A stretch of 64,000 nucleotides of DNA from Prochlorococcus sp. AG-436-K22. Lineage in GTDB: Bacteria; Cyanobacteriota; Cyanobacteriia; PCC-6307; Cyanobiaceae. Under the pieces are notes generated by a model. That model saw nothing but the letters and a program-made list of their open reading frames with translations, was not told the DNA's origin and did no database searches. The DNA lies in NCBI GenBank assembly GCA_003212555.1, contig QCPK01000003.1, positions 3,677 to 67,676 on the forward strand, in the 5' to 3' direction. Below are positions 1 to 11,120 of the stretch, in pieces. The stretch's first letter is position 1. Every line of letters starts with the position of its first letter. The position numbers and the translations under genes are program-made.

Positions 1-295
1 AGGGAAAGACATGACCTTAGAGGACATGACTTCTGCCTCTGAAGTTATTTATGATGTAGTTGATCCAGAAGCAAATATTATTGTAGGAGCTGTTGTCGAC
101 GAAGCTCTTGAAGGAGAAGTTCAAGTTACTGTAATAGCAACAGGTTTCGAGGGTAATCAACCATATAGGAATCAAAAACCAGGCGCACAATTATCTTCTC
201 AATCACTTTATCGACAAGCAAAAAACAAAGAAGCTGGAGCTAGTATTCCTGAGTTTTTAAGACTTAGGCAACTAAAGCGTGATCCTGAGAACTAA
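1..295 (+). CDS. ftsZ: Cell division protein FtsZ, C-terminal part (gene begins before the window)
   Basis: ANIIVGAVVDEALEGEVQVTVIATGF core end and C-terminal IPEFLR motif; the frame is open back to the window edge. Confidence 0.96.
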   Translation, partial: GKDMTLEDMTSASEVIYDVVDPEANIIVGAVVDEALEGEVQVTVIATGFEGNQPYRNQKPGAQLSSQSLYRQAKNKEAGASIPEFLRLRQLKRDPEN

Positions 296-313
296 TTCTC
301 ATCGTTTGATTTA

Positions 314-413
314 GGTGACCCGGAATCTACGCCTGCTTCGAGCATCCCTTTTGGCTGCTACCTTCCGGTCCTGACCAGATTTAGGCGTCGAGGCCGCATA
401 GGTCCGAGTCTCC
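314..413 (-). ncRNA. ffs: Signal recognition particle RNA (4.5S)
   Basis: Minus strand reads GGAGACTCGGACCTATGC...CAGGACCGGAAGGTAGCAGC...GATTCCGGGTCACC; it has the domain IV CAGG/GGAA/AGCA motif and paired termini. Confidence 0.93.
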
Positions 414-452
414 TAAAGTCTAGCAATTCAAATCTCTTAGCCAACAAGCTAA

Positions 453-1271
453 ATGCTTCCTAAGGAATTAATTCAATTTAAAGAGCAGGGACGTCACATC
501 ACAATCCTTACCGCGTGGGACAGTCTTTCATCTGCAATTGTTGAGGCTGCAGGGGCAGACGTAGTCCTTGTAGGAGACTCACTGGCAATGTTTGTTCATG
601 GGCATAGCACTACATTGCCTGTCACATTGCAACAAATGCTCCATCACACTCAAGCAGTAGGGAGGGGTTTCTCTAACTCTAAACAAAAACAACCTCTAGT
701 TGTATGCGACCTGCCTTTCCTAAGCTACCAATGCGGGGAAGACAAAGCTGTAGAGGCAGCAGGGAGTCTTCTAAAAGAATCTTGTGCGGCGGCTGTCAAG
801 ATTGAAGGAGCAGAACCTGAAGTAATAACAGTAATTGAAAGATTAATTCGCATGGGGATCCCGGTTATGGGACATCTTGGGCTAACACCACAATCAGTAC
901 ATAATCTTGGCTACCAGAAGCAAGCAGAAACTGAAATAGAACAAGAAAAGCTAATTAGCCAAGCACTTCAACTAGAAAAGGTTGGATGTTTTGCTTTAGT
1001 CCTAGAACATATTCCTTCAAAAGTTGCAGGCAGTTTAAGCCAGATCTTGAAAATCCCAGTAATAGGTATTGGTGCAGGTGATCAATGTGATGGACAAGTT
1101 CGAGTAACTGCAGACTTGCTTGGGCTAACTGACAAGCAGCCCCCTTTTGCACAGCCATTAATCCACACAAGGGAACTTTGCATAAAAGCCCTTAAAGAAT
1201 GGGTTAATCATAAGAACAGCCGTTCAAAGACTCCCACCACTCCAACATCTGGACAAGTATCTGATTACTGA
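453..1271 (+). CDS. panB: 3-methyl-2-oxobutanoate hydroxymethyltransferase
   Basis: [33 protein letters not shown] and IGIGAG...DGQV motifs. Confidence 0.96.
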   Translation: MLPKELIQFKEQGRHITILTAWDSLSSAIVEAAGADVVLVGDSLAMFVHGHSTTLPVTLQQMLHHTQAVGRGFSNSKQKQPLVVCDLPFLSYQCGEDKAVEAAGSLLKESCAAAVKIEGAEPEVITVIERLIRMGIPVMGHLGLTPQSVHNLGYQKQAETEIEQEKLISQALQLEKVGCFALVLEHIPSKVAGSLSQILKIPVIGIGAGDQCDGQVRVTADLLGLTDKQPPFAQPLIHTRELCIKALKEWVNHKNSRSKTPTTPTSGQVSDY

Positions 1272-2442
1272 TTTCCATTCCCTCTGGATCAGTCAAGTAA
1301 AACCTCCAACCTTTCTGCTTAATCCATCGTTTTCCTAAAGGATATTCCCAGCACTTTTTCAATGCATTTGTATTTGTTTCTAACTGATCATGAGTCCAAC
1401 CCAAACCTCTAGAAAGCTCCTGAAGATTCACACCCTCTCTACGGCGTAATCCAACAATTAAAAGATCTTCAACAGGTATAGATTGGCTTTGATTTGTTGA
1501 GTGAAGTAAGCCTAGTTTTGCAGTTCTTTCTTCCTTCTCAAGCCATTCTTTATATAATTTTCTAGTTCTTGGACGTGAGAACCTATTGCCCGAAGGGCAG
1601 GCTGTAGCACCTTGTCCAAAGCCCCACCAACTGGCTCCACTCCAATAAACTCTATTGTGACGAGATGCGTGCCCTGGCAAAGCATAATTAGAAATTTCAT
1701 AACGGGAAAAGCCTGCTCCTTTTAGGATTAGACTAGTAATCTTCGAAATATCAAAAGAAACCTCATCATTCGGCAAAGATAATTCGCCTCTATTAATTTT
1801 CCAAGCAAAAACAGTCCCTTTTTCTATAGTCAAGTCATATATAGACAAATGAGGGGGCGCAATAGAAATCGCTTTTAATAATTGTCTCTTCCATGAAATT
1901 AAATTTTGTCCGGGTAAATTTTTTATAAGGTCAAGACTCCAACTAGTAAGTCTACCTCTTTTAAAATTATCTTGAATCCAATCACATGCTTCTAAAAGAT
2001 CTATAGAAGAATGGCTTCTGCCTAATTCTCTTAAGACATTATTATCAAAACTTTGTGCACCTAAACTTAAGCGATTAATTCCAGCATCTAAAAAACCTTC
2101 GAGTGAGCGCTGATCAAAACTTGCAGGATCCACTTCTAGTGTAATTTCTGCTCCATATTGAAATCCAAAATGAGACCGTAAATGGTCTAATAAATTGGCC
2201 ACTTGAGAAGCACTTAACAGCGATGGTGTTCCACCACCTATGTAAATAGTTGCCAATGGAATTCCTTTTGAGGACAAAGAAATATCTCTATAGAGAAGGT
2301 CTAAATATGACTTAATTGAATTGCTCCCTGGGCCATACTCCCCTCTAGCACTGTCTCCTAAAGGCACAACAGGAAAGTCACAATAAAAACATCGTCTATA
2401 ACAAAAAGGAATATGCAAATAAGCACTTTGAGGGTAATTCAC
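1204..2442 (-). CDS. hemW: Radical SAM heme chaperone HemW (HemN-like)
   Basis: [16 protein letters not shown] (CX3CX2C), IGGGTPS, YEISNYA and HNRVYW. Confidence 0.9.
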   Translation of the reverse strand: MNYPQSAYLHIPFCYRRCFYCDFPVVPLGDSARGEYGPGSNSIKSYLDLLYRDISLSSKGIPLATIYIGGGTPSLLSASQVANLLDHLRSHFGFQYGAEITLEVDPASFDQRSLEGFLDAGINRLSLGAQSFDNNVLRELGRSHSSIDLLEACDWIQDNFKRGRLTSWSLDLIKNLPGQNLISWKRQLLKAISIAPPHLSIYDLTIEKGTVFAWKINRGELSLPNDEVSFDISKITSLILKGAGFSRYEISNYALPGHASRHNRVYWSGASWWGFGQGATACPSGNRFSRPRTRKLYKEWLEKEERTAKLGLLHSTNQSQSIPVEDLLIVGLRRREGVNLQELSRGLGWTHDQLETNTNALKKCWEYPLGKRWIKQKGWRFYLTDPEGMEISNQILVQMLEWWESLNGCSYD

Positions 2443-2550
2443 AAGTTGACTTATAAATCAATACACAAAGGTATCCATCTACCACTAAAGCAATAGATTA
2501 AATAAGAACAATGCTCCATAAATTAAAGAGAAGGTCCCAAAATTAATGCC

Positions 2551-3660
2551 ATGCTGGAGATCCTAATACTGATTTTATTTTGTGTTGCTGGAGGTGCTAG
2601 TGGTTGGATTGGAGTGAACTTATTTCCCCCAAACATATTAGAAAAATTCGAATCGCCAAATGAAGCAAAAATATTTGCAACAGTAGTGAGTAGTTTTATA
2701 GCTTTACTCATCGGAGTTTTCTTTCAGCAATTAAGAAAAAAGCTAACTCAACAAAATAGAACCACCCCTACTGATCTTCTAGTCAGTAGATCAGTAGGTT
2801 TAATACTAGGTTTGCTTGTAGCAAACCTAGTATTAGCGCCTATACTTCTGATTCCTCTTCCAAAAGAAATATTTCTTGCCAAACCAATTTCGGCAGTAAT
2901 TAGTAATGTGTTCTTTGGTCTTCTTGGGTACAATCTTGCCGAAATCCATGGGAGAACATTTCTTCGGCTTTTAAATCCAAATAGTACAGAAGCCTTACTT
3001 GTAGCGGAAGGCGTCCTTACTCCTGCATGCGCAAAAATCTTGGACACAAGTGTAATTATTGATGGTCGCATTAAAGATCTTCTTATTTTCGGGTTAATTG
3101 AAGGGAAAATAATAGTCGCAGAAACAGTTATAGAAGAACTACAAAAATTAGCTGATTCAAGTAATAATGATAAGAGGGCAAAAGGAAGAAGAGGTTTAAA
3201 GATACTTACCGCTTTACGTGAAAGTTTAAAAAAAAGGCTTGTTATAAACAGCACGAAATATCAAGGTCCTGGAACAGATGAAAAGCTTCTAAAACTCACT
3301 GCTGATACTGGTGGAATGCTAATCACTGCTGACTATAATCTTGCCCAAGTTGGACAAGTAAAAGAATTAAAGGTATTAAATTTAAGTGAATTAGTAATAG
3401 CGCTTAGACCAGAAGTACAACCAGGCGAGAAATTATTATTAAAAATAGTTAGAGAAGGAAAAGAGAACAGTCAAGGAGTTGGTTATTTAGACGATGGGAC
3501 TATGGTTGTGGTAGAGGGTGCAAAGAATTCATTAGGTCAAAGACTCGATGTAATTATCACAGGTGCATTGCAGACTTCGACAGGAAGAATGGTTTTTGGA
3601 AAACTTGAGAAAAATCCTCCTACCAACAAATCTGACAATAAGAATGTCTCTTCTAACTAG
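2551..3660 (+). CDS. Membrane-anchored PIN/TRAM domain protein (YacL family)
   Basis: N-terminal TM helices; PIN motifs LDTSVIIDGR, GRRGL and TADYNL; TRAM motif GKENSQGVGYLDDGTMVVVE. Confidence 0.9.
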   Translation: MLEILILILFCVAGGASGWIGVNLFPPNILEKFESPNEAKIFATVVSSFIALLIGVFFQQLRKKLTQQNRTTPTDLLVSRSVGLILGLLVANLVLAPILLIPLPKEIFLAKPISAVISNVFFGLLGYNLAEIHGRTFLRLLNPNSTEALLVAEGVLTPACAKILDTSVIIDGRIKDLLIFGLIEGKIIVAETVIEELQKLADSSNNDKRAKGRRGLKILTALRESLKKRLVINSTKYQGPGTDEKLLKLTADTGGMLITADYNLAQVGQVKELKVLNLSELVIALRPEVQPGEKLLLKIVREGKENSQGVGYLDDGTMVVVEGAKNSLGQRLDVIITGALQTSTGRMVFGKLEKNPPTNKSDNKNVSSN

Positions 3661-3700
3661 ATATCTCGCTAAGATTTAGGCCTGGACATTTTTGGTCAAT

Positions 3701-4372
3701 ATGACGGTTTCTGCTCCTTACTACGGCGATTCAGCCGTAATGCGCACTCCACCTCCAGATTTACCATCATTATTACTTAAGGAAAGGATTGTCTATCTTG
3801 GGCTTCCTTTGTTTTCTGACGATGATGCCAAAAGACAACTAGGGATGGATGTTACCGAGCTGATTATTGCTCAACTATTATTCCTAGAATTTGATAATCC
3901 TGAGAAACCAATTTACTTCTATATAAATTCCACAGGAACAAGCTGGCATACAGGAGATGCAATAGGTTTTGAAACTGAAGCCTTTGCTATTTGTGACACA
4001 ATCAGCTACATCAAACCACCTATTCATACTATTTGCATAGGCCAAGCTATGGGGACTGCTGCAGTAATACTCTCTGCTGGCTCCAAAGGTCATAGGGCTG
4101 CGCTACCTCATTCCTCAATAGTTCTTCATCAACCAAGGAGTGGTGCTAGTGGGCAAGCAACAGATATCCAAATACGTGCCAAAGAAGTAATTCACAATAA
4201 ACAAGCCATGCTGAAAATTCTTTCTGCGAACACTGGTAAAAGCGTAGACCAGCTATCAAAGGATTCTGACAGAATGAGTTACTTGAACCCACATGAAGCT
4301 GTTGAATATGGCCTAATTGACAGAGTCCTGAAAAGCCGAAAAGATCTACCAGCCACTGAAACTACAAGCTAA
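3701..4372 (+). CDS. clpR: Clp protease non-catalytic subunit ClpR
   Basis: RTPPPDLPSLLLKERIVYLG N-terminus; ClpP fold lacking the catalytic Ser (GQAMGTAA in place of GLAASMGA); ATG at 3701. Confidence 0.88.
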   Translation: MTVSAPYYGDSAVMRTPPPDLPSLLLKERIVYLGLPLFSDDDAKRQLGMDVTELIIAQLLFLEFDNPEKPIYFYINSTGTSWHTGDAIGFETEAFAICDTISYIKPPIHTICIGQAMGTAAVILSAGSKGHRAALPHSSIVLHQPRSGASGQATDIQIRAKEVIHNKQAMLKILSANTGKSVDQLSKDSDRMSYLNPHEAVEYGLIDRVLKSRKDLPATETTS

Positions 4373-4418
4373 TTTACTTGTCATTCATTCTTTTAACTCA
4401 CCTTATTTCTAATCAATC

Positions 4419-5027
4419 ATGCCAATAGGTACTCCAAGTGTCCCATATAGACTTCCTGGCAGTCAATTTGAACGCTGGGTAGACATTTATACAAGGCTAG
4501 GTGCTGAAAGAATCTTATTTCTTGGACAAGAAGTAACTGATGGAGTTGCAAATAGTCTAGTTGCTCAAATGCTATACCTAGATTCAGAAGACAGTACTAA
4601 GCCTATTTATTTGTACATCAATAGTCCTGGAGGATCCGTCACTGCTGGCTTAGCTATATATGACACTATGAAATATGTCAAAAGTGACGTTGTAACTATT
4701 TGTGTTGGTCTTGCAGCTTCAATGGGAGCATTTCTTTTATCAGCAGGTACTAAAAATAAACGTCTTGCCTTACCCCACAGTCGAATTATGATTCACCAGC
4801 CTCTTGGCGGGACTTCTCAAAGACAAGCTAGTGACATTGAAATTGAAGCGAAAGAAATTCTAAGAATCAAAGAAATGCTTAACCGAGCAATGTCTGAAAT
4901 GACAGGACAACCATTTGAAAAAATTGAAAAAGATACTGATAGAGATTATTTCCTAAGTGCAGAAGAGGCAAAGCAATATGGTCTTATTGACAGGGTTATT
5001 TCTCATCCCAACGAGGCCGACAACTAA
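4419..5027 (+). CDS. clpP: Clp protease proteolytic subunit (ClpP3 type)
   Basis: [17 protein letters not shown] (Ser), MIHQP (His), DTDRD. Confidence 0.96.
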   Translation: MPIGTPSVPYRLPGSQFERWVDIYTRLGAERILFLGQEVTDGVANSLVAQMLYLDSEDSTKPIYLYINSPGGSVTAGLAIYDTMKYVKSDVVTICVGLAASMGAFLLSAGTKNKRLALPHSRIMIHQPLGGTSQRQASDIEIEAKEILRIKEMLNRAMSEMTGQPFEKIEKDTDRDYFLSAEEAKQYGLIDRVISHPNEADN

Positions 5028-5129
5028 AAAATCAGTTCCAAGGGAAATTTGAAGAGCTTTTCATAAGGTTCAACACAAAACCTACCTAATTTTAAAAAAG
5101 TCCTTTTAGCAAAGCTTTCTTATTTATAA

Positions 5130-6173
<1,044 letters not shown>

Positions 6174-6217
6174 AACTATATTTTTCGCTAATTATTGCAG
6201 CAACATTAGTCGATCTA

Positions 6218-7189
6218 GTGGTTGGGGACCCCAGATTTCTCCCTCATCCAGTAGAAGCTATTGGACAATTAATTCAATTTCTCCGAAGAAAGATTGAATT
6301 TTTTGCTGGTGAGAACACTTTTTCTCTAAGACTTGGAGGTACATTTATTACAATCTTTGTTATTAGTTTAAGTTGTGGAAGTGGTTGGATAATAGAACAA
6401 TTCTTTTTTAAAGGACATTATTTATCAATACCAAATCAGATAAGATATATTATTTTAGTTTTAGCTTTAGCAAGCACTCTTGCAGCAAGAAGTCTTTCTC
6501 AAGGTGTTAAAAATGTACTTACCTCATTAAATGATAATCTCACTTATAAAAATCTTGCCTTTGCAAGGAAAGAATTAAGTCATATTGTTGGAAGAGATGT
6601 TGAGAATCTCAGCAAAGAAGAAATACTTCGAGCAACTGCTGAATCTGCAAGTGAGAATGCTATTGATGGAATTTTCGCGCCTTTATTTTGGATGATCATT
6701 GGTACATTCTTATGGAGCAATTCGTCAACTTTGCCTGGTCCCCTAGCAATGGCATGGCTCTTTAAAGCAAGTAGCACTATTGATTCAATGCTAGGTTATA
6801 AGATTGGAAAACTTAGATGGTTAGGAGAGTCAGGGGCCAAACTTGATGATGTTCTTACTTTTATTCCATGTAGGTTAGTGCTTCTTACTCTGCCTTTAAT
6901 AAGTAAAAACTGGATTAAAGCTCCTTCAATAATAAGATCAGCCTGGGAAGACGGAGTGAAAGATATTTCTCCAAACTCTGGACTTTCAGAAGCAATATTT
7001 GCCTATTGTGTTGATATTAGGATGGGAGGCATAAACAAATACAAAAGTCAATACATTTCAAAACCAATATTAGCTATAAAAGCACCTCCAGCAAGCAAAG
7101 AAAGTATAAAAAAAATTCTAAGATTATACCCAAGATTAGAGATATTTTGGATCTCCATAATGATTTTAATTCACATGATAATTCAATAA
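6218..7189 (+). CDS. cobD: Adenosylcobinamide-phosphate synthase CbiB/CobD
   Basis: GDP...HPV, IVGRD, ESASEN.IDG..APLFW, TIDSMLGYK, SPNSG.SEA; start uncertain. Confidence 0.92.
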   Translation: MVGDPRFLPHPVEAIGQLIQFLRRKIEFFAGENTFSLRLGGTFITIFVISLSCGSGWIIEQFFFKGHYLSIPNQIRYIILVLALASTLAARSLSQGVKNVLTSLNDNLTYKNLAFARKELSHIVGRDVENLSKEEILRATAESASENAIDGIFAPLFWMIIGTFLWSNSSTLPGPLAMAWLFKASSTIDSMLGYKIGKLRWLGESGAKLDDVLTFIPCRLVLLTLPLISKNWIKAPSIIRSAWEDGVKDISPNSGLSEAIFAYCVDIRMGGINKYKSQYISKPILAIKAPPASKESIKKILRLYPRLEIFWISIMILIHMIIQ

Positions 7190-7923
7190 GCTCCTCTATC
7201 TCTGGGAAAGATCAGGACACCAAAAGTTCTTAAAATTATCTTTAAATCAATAAGAAAGCTTCTCTTCCTTACGTAAAGCACGTCAAGAATAACTCTTCTT
7301 TTATAAGTTAAATTATTACGTCCACTAACTTGCCATAAGCCTGTAATACCAGGTCGAACAGATGCAACTTCCTTCATATGAGCACCATAACGTTTCAACT
7401 CATCTTGAACAATAGGTCTAGGACCTACAATGCTCATATGTCCCCTGAGGACATTAAAGAATTGCGGAAGCTCATCTAAACTCGATAACCTTAGGAATCT
7501 ACCAAAAGGAGTAATTCTAGGATCATTACGCAATTTAAAATCTTTCTCAAACTCTGTTTTTAAAGATAGATCTCTTTCAAGAAGTTTTTCTAGCATACTA
7601 TCTGCCTCTGAATGCATAGTACGAAATTTAATACACCCAAAATAAATATAGTTACGTCCTACTCTTTGTTGAAGATAGAAAACTGGCCCTTGAGAACTTA
7701 GTTTAACAAGAACAGCTATTAAAAGGAAGAAAGGTGCTCCACATATCAGAACAAAAGCAGAAAAAATAATATCTCCTGCTCTCTTTATAGTTCTATCGTA
7801 GAGATTTTGATTCTTAAGTAATTCCTCAGTTGCAAGTTGGTCTGGAAATAAAGGTAGGTCAATATAGGCTTCTTTCTTAAAATCTGTCTTCTTATTACTT
7901 TCCTGGGGGGACTTGCTTTTCAT
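7183..7923 (-). CDS. Polyprenyl-phosphate sugar phosphotransferase (bacterial sugar transferase family)
   Basis: KR..DI, KFRTM, DPRITPFGRFLR.SSLDELPQF.NVLRG.MSIVGPRP, PGITGLWQVSGR. Confidence 0.93.
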   Translation of the reverse strand: MKSKSPQESNKKTDFKKEAYIDLPLFPDQLATEELLKNQNLYDRTIKRAGDIIFSAFVLICGAPFFLLIAVLVKLSSQGPVFYLQQRVGRNYIYFGCIKFRTMHSEADSMLEKLLERDLSLKTEFEKDFKLRNDPRITPFGRFLRLSSLDELPQFFNVLRGHMSIVGPRPIVQDELKRYGAHMKEVASVRPGITGLWQVSGRNNLTYKRRVILDVLYVRKRSFLIDLKIILRTFGVLIFPRDRGAY

Positions 7924-7975
7924 TAAATGTTTAACTCACACATGTTCTTACCAATCAGACTCTAGTCAAAAATAG

Positions 7976-9184
7976 TCATTTTTTAAATACCATAGGGTCG
8001 CTTGATGCAATATCTAACTTATTTAAATGCATTTGCCAAGCTTCCATTAAAACTAACTCAAAATGTCTAGAAAAAGATTTAAGGCTGAATTTTTGAGCCC
8101 ATTTGTTTAATGATTCAGAACTTATTTTTTTCCATAATTCATTCTCTTCAAACCAAATTACGGCCTCCAACAGCGACTTAACTTTCTGATCTCTAAAAAG
8201 AACACCTGTAGCTGAATCTATTCCCTTAGTAGCACATTTAACCGTATCCAAAAGTCCGCCTTGACCAAGAGCAATAATGGGAGCCCCTGCCGCCATTGCT
8301 TCTACAGGGGCTATTCCAAAATCCTCAACTCCAGCATAGACATAAGCTCGACATTCCTGCATCAGTTTCTCAACCATATGCTTTTCTTGATATCCCAAAA
8401 GTCTGATAGTTGGACCCGCAATCCGCTCTAGGTGGCTACGCTCAGGTCCATCTCCAACAACTATTAAAGGGAGTCCCAAGGCATTAAATGCCCTAATAAC
8501 TAGATCAACTTTCTTATTAGGGACAAGGCGACAAAGGCATAAGTAATAATCACTTCTTTCTTCACTATATTTAAATCGATCAACATCAACTGGAGGATGA
8601 ACAACTATTGATTGTCTTCCCCAATATTTCGAAATCCTTCTTGCTGTAAATCTAGAATTCGCCAATAAACAATCCACTCTTGCAGCACTATGTTGATCCC
8701 ACTGTCTCAGCTGATGTAATTGCCAACGAATAAGTGGCCCAAGTCCAGATCTACTTAAAGTAGATCTGGCTAAATATATATTCATTTGATCCCAAGCATA
8801 TCTCACAGGAGTGTGTATATAACTAAGGTGCAATTGATCTGGTGAAGTAAGAACTCCCTTTGCCACAAGATGGCTACTACTAATAACCAAGGGATAAGCA
8901 CTTAAATCAAGTTGTTCAATTGCATATGGGAGCAATGGCAGAAAACTTTGAACATGACTAATCCCAAAGGGCAATCCTTGAATGAAACTTGTTTTAACGG
9001 ATCTACCAAACAACCAACTCTTTCTATTTAAGCTTTCACCATCTACTAGTGCAGAAAGTTCTGCAGAACTGCCTAAAGATGAGATAAGGCCATCAATAAT
9101 TCTTACAACTTGTTCCGCACCACCTAAAGAGCTAGGAGAAAACCATTCATGAACTAATGCTATTTTTTTAGGGATTTGATTCAT
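7976..9184 (-). CDS. Glycosyltransferase family 4
   Basis: GGAEQV, YIHTPVRYAWD, EDFGIAPVEAMAAGAP; ATG at 9184. Confidence 0.92.
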   Translation of the reverse strand: MNQIPKKIALVHEWFSPSSLGGAEQVVRIIDGLISSLGSSAELSALVDGESLNRKSWLFGRSVKTSFIQGLPFGISHVQSFLPLLPYAIEQLDLSAYPLVISSSHLVAKGVLTSPDQLHLSYIHTPVRYAWDQMNIYLARSTLSRSGLGPLIRWQLHQLRQWDQHSAARVDCLLANSRFTARRISKYWGRQSIVVHPPVDVDRFKYSEERSDYYLCLCRLVPNKKVDLVIRAFNALGLPLIVVGDGPERSHLERIAGPTIRLLGYQEKHMVEKLMQECRAYVYAGVEDFGIAPVEAMAAGAPIIALGQGGLLDTVKCATKGIDSATGVLFRDQKVKSLLEAVIWFEENELWKKISSESLNKWAQKFSLKSFSRHFELVLMEAWQMHLNKLDIASSDPMVFKK

Positions 9185-9215
9185 AACTAAAAACAAGAAT
9201 GTGAATAATCTCCAA

Positions 9216-9261
9216 GAGCTGATTTTGCAAGAAGGAATTCTTCTTCTTGCAAAATCAGCTC
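9216..9261. terminator. Perfect 19-bp inverted repeat (8-nt spacer), probable terminator hairpin
   Basis: GAGCTGATTTTGCAAGAAG...CTTCTTGCAAAATCAGCTC, 9 nt past the stop of 9271-9717(-). Confidence 0.65.
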
Positions 9262-9270
9262 AAGTCTTTT

Positions 9271-9717
9271 TTAAAAGCTAAAAGGAGTAAAGTTAGTTGA
9301 ATAACTACTAAGAACATAAAGAAATAAAAGCCCAAAGAAAGCAGATACAGAAGTCAAGTACATTACATAGCCTTTTTTTCTAGGCAACTTAATATAGGAC
9401 AATAGCATTATTCCTAATGCTATTAATCCACTAATTATTAGCAATATTTCTGATGATTCGTCTAATCTAAAGTTAATTATGAAGTTAGATTTAAAAAATA
9501 AAAAAGGCTGCATATCAAATTTACCATTAACATGTCTATATAATAAAAAACTAGAATAAAGTGTTGAAGCTAGCATACTATTTATAAGCAAAAAGGATAC
9601 TGGCTTTGTAAGCCTATTCATTGTTCTGTTAAAGCTAAAAACTAAAATAGCGATTAACAACGAAAATGATAGTGGTAGTAGAGGTATAAGAAATGAGGAG
9701 TTGATGATTTTAGACAT
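9271..9717 (-). CDS. Small membrane protein resembling the NdhF (ND5) N-terminal region
   Basis: LIPLLPL...SFNRTMNRLTKPVSFLLI resembles the cyanobacterial NdhF1 N-terminus; about 4 TM segments; only 148 aa. Confidence 0.65.
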   Translation of the reverse strand: MSKIINSSFLIPLLPLSFSLLIAILVFSFNRTMNRLTKPVSFLLINSMLASTLYSSFLLYRHVNGKFDMQPFLFFKSNFIINFRLDESSEILLIISGLIALGIMLLSYIKLPRKKGYVMYLTSVSAFFGLLFLYVLSSYSTNFTPFSF

Positions 9718-9992
9718 TGCATGCTTTGCTTATCTCTCTTGACACTAACCTGATCAAGAGTAACTCAATAGTAATTAAGAATAAAACAAAACAATTGCAA
9801 GATAGATTTTTTAGAAAAATATTGGCTTAGCTATGGCTTCCCTTCGGAAATTGAGAAAGATCAGTCCTTAGGATTAATCTATATAGGTATAGGGTAAAGA
9901 AGAAGTCACTTTTAAAAATATTTAAAGAGGTGTCAAATCACTGAAATTTAATTCTTTTGCGAAATAAGATAGGAAAAGAAGTTTTATAAGAA

Positions 9993-10172
9993 GTGAATAA
10001 ATACTATCTATTGATCTTTCTAATTGTAGCGGCATTTTCAATCTTAAGCTTTAGGCTCTACATGAGAGAAAAACATAATTACTTGGGTCAGGTCAAAAAA
10101 CTGGTCAAGAAAAGAAAAAAGAAATTGCTGAAAAGTAAAAAAAACAATAGGATTCATAGACATCATTCCTAG
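9993..10172 (+). CDS. Putative 59-aa single-pass membrane protein with a basic tail (not in ORF track)
   Basis: Hand translation from GTG: MNKYYLLIFLIVAAFSILSFRLYMREKHNYLGQVKKLVKKRKKKLLKSKKNNRIHRHHS; stops 9 nt before hli. Confidence 0.45.
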   Translation: MNKYYLLIFLIVAAFSILSFRLYMREKHNYLGQVKKLVKKRKKKLLKSKKNNRIHRHHS

Positions 10173-10181
10173 TAGATACAA

Positions 10182-10427
10182 ATGGTTGAAAATCAAGAAA
10201 GCGTAGAGGAGTTCAAGTCAAGCGAGTCAAGCATCCAAGTACCAGACTATGCTAATGCTAAGTGGTTAGACAACGAAGATAAAGCTGTAGAGAACGTTTT
10301 TGGATTTAACAAAAATGCAGAATTAGTAAATTCAAGGGCAGCTATGGTTGGATTCCTAATGCTTGTATTAACGGAATTAGTTTTTGGTGGAAAGCCCGTG
10401 ACCCTTGCAATTTTTGGCATCAACTAA
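10182..10427 (+). CDS. hli: High-light-inducible protein (HLIP)
   Basis: FGFNKNAELVNSRAAMVGF..LVLTEL chlorophyll-binding ExxNxRxAM helix. Confidence 0.9.
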   Translation: MVENQESVEEFKSSESSIQVPDYANAKWLDNEDKAVENVFGFNKNAELVNSRAAMVGFLMLVLTELVFGGKPVTLAIFGIN

Positions 10428-10490
10428 TTGATCAAAGGAGAACATTTTTTCTTTTCAGGTACTATAGAGAATTATTTTCTGACTATTAGC

Positions 10491-10706
10491 ATGAATAAGA
10501 AATTCTCGATAGGTTTCATTTATGTTTCTATCTGTATCCTGATCTGGGGAACCATCGGATCTTTTGTTGATTACCCACTTTTAGAAAAAGAAATTTATGA
10601 GCCTGGGTCATTGGGGCAATTAATCACTTTTCTAGCAGTCGGCTTACTTACTCTTTTAATTGCAGTAGTTTTATTTAGAAGAATTCCTAAACGCTTTATT
10701 GAATAA
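10491..10706 (+). CDS. Small hypothetical membrane protein (2 TM)
   Basis: ATG at 10491; two hydrophobic helices flanking WGTIGSFVDYP. Confidence 0.7.
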   Translation: MNKKFSIGFIYVSICILIWGTIGSFVDYPLLEKEIYEPGSLGQLITFLAVGLLTLLIAVVLFRRIPKRFIE

Positions 10707-10716
10707 AGGTACGCCT

Positions 10717-10965
10717 TCAATATTTATATCTTTTTACTACTTCCGCAGGTTGATTGCCCCTCTCAGCATCAAAGAGCAACCACTGTCTAGTTTCAGTATC
10801 ATGATCGCATCCTAAATTAGGCTTATCAATTTTTAAAGTTGACATATCAAAGTGGCACTGTTGATCTGCCTCAAAAGCTGATTCATATTCAGGCTTAAAA
10901 TAAGCGGTAGTAAAGATTGAAATCAGGACCAAAAACAAGCAGCTTATAACTGTAAATATCTTCAT
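10717..10965 (-). CDS. Hypothetical exported protein
   Basis: Signal/anchor sequence followed by a domain with two Cys (QQCHF, GCDHDTETRQWLLF). Confidence 0.7.
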   Translation of the reverse strand: MKIFTVISCLFLVLISIFTTAYFKPEYESAFEADQQCHFDMSTLKIDKPNLGCDHDTETRQWLLFDAERGNQPAEVVKRYKY

Positions 10966-11120
10966 AATGAATACTTAACACTGCTAATTTAATATTAGTA
11001 CAATTATAAAGCATTGATCAAGAATTTATGCTTTCATTTATTTTTAAAAAGTACTTAAGAGATAAAAAATAATATCTTATAAAATGAGTAGATCTTATTT
11101 ATCTATATACCCTAACCAGT

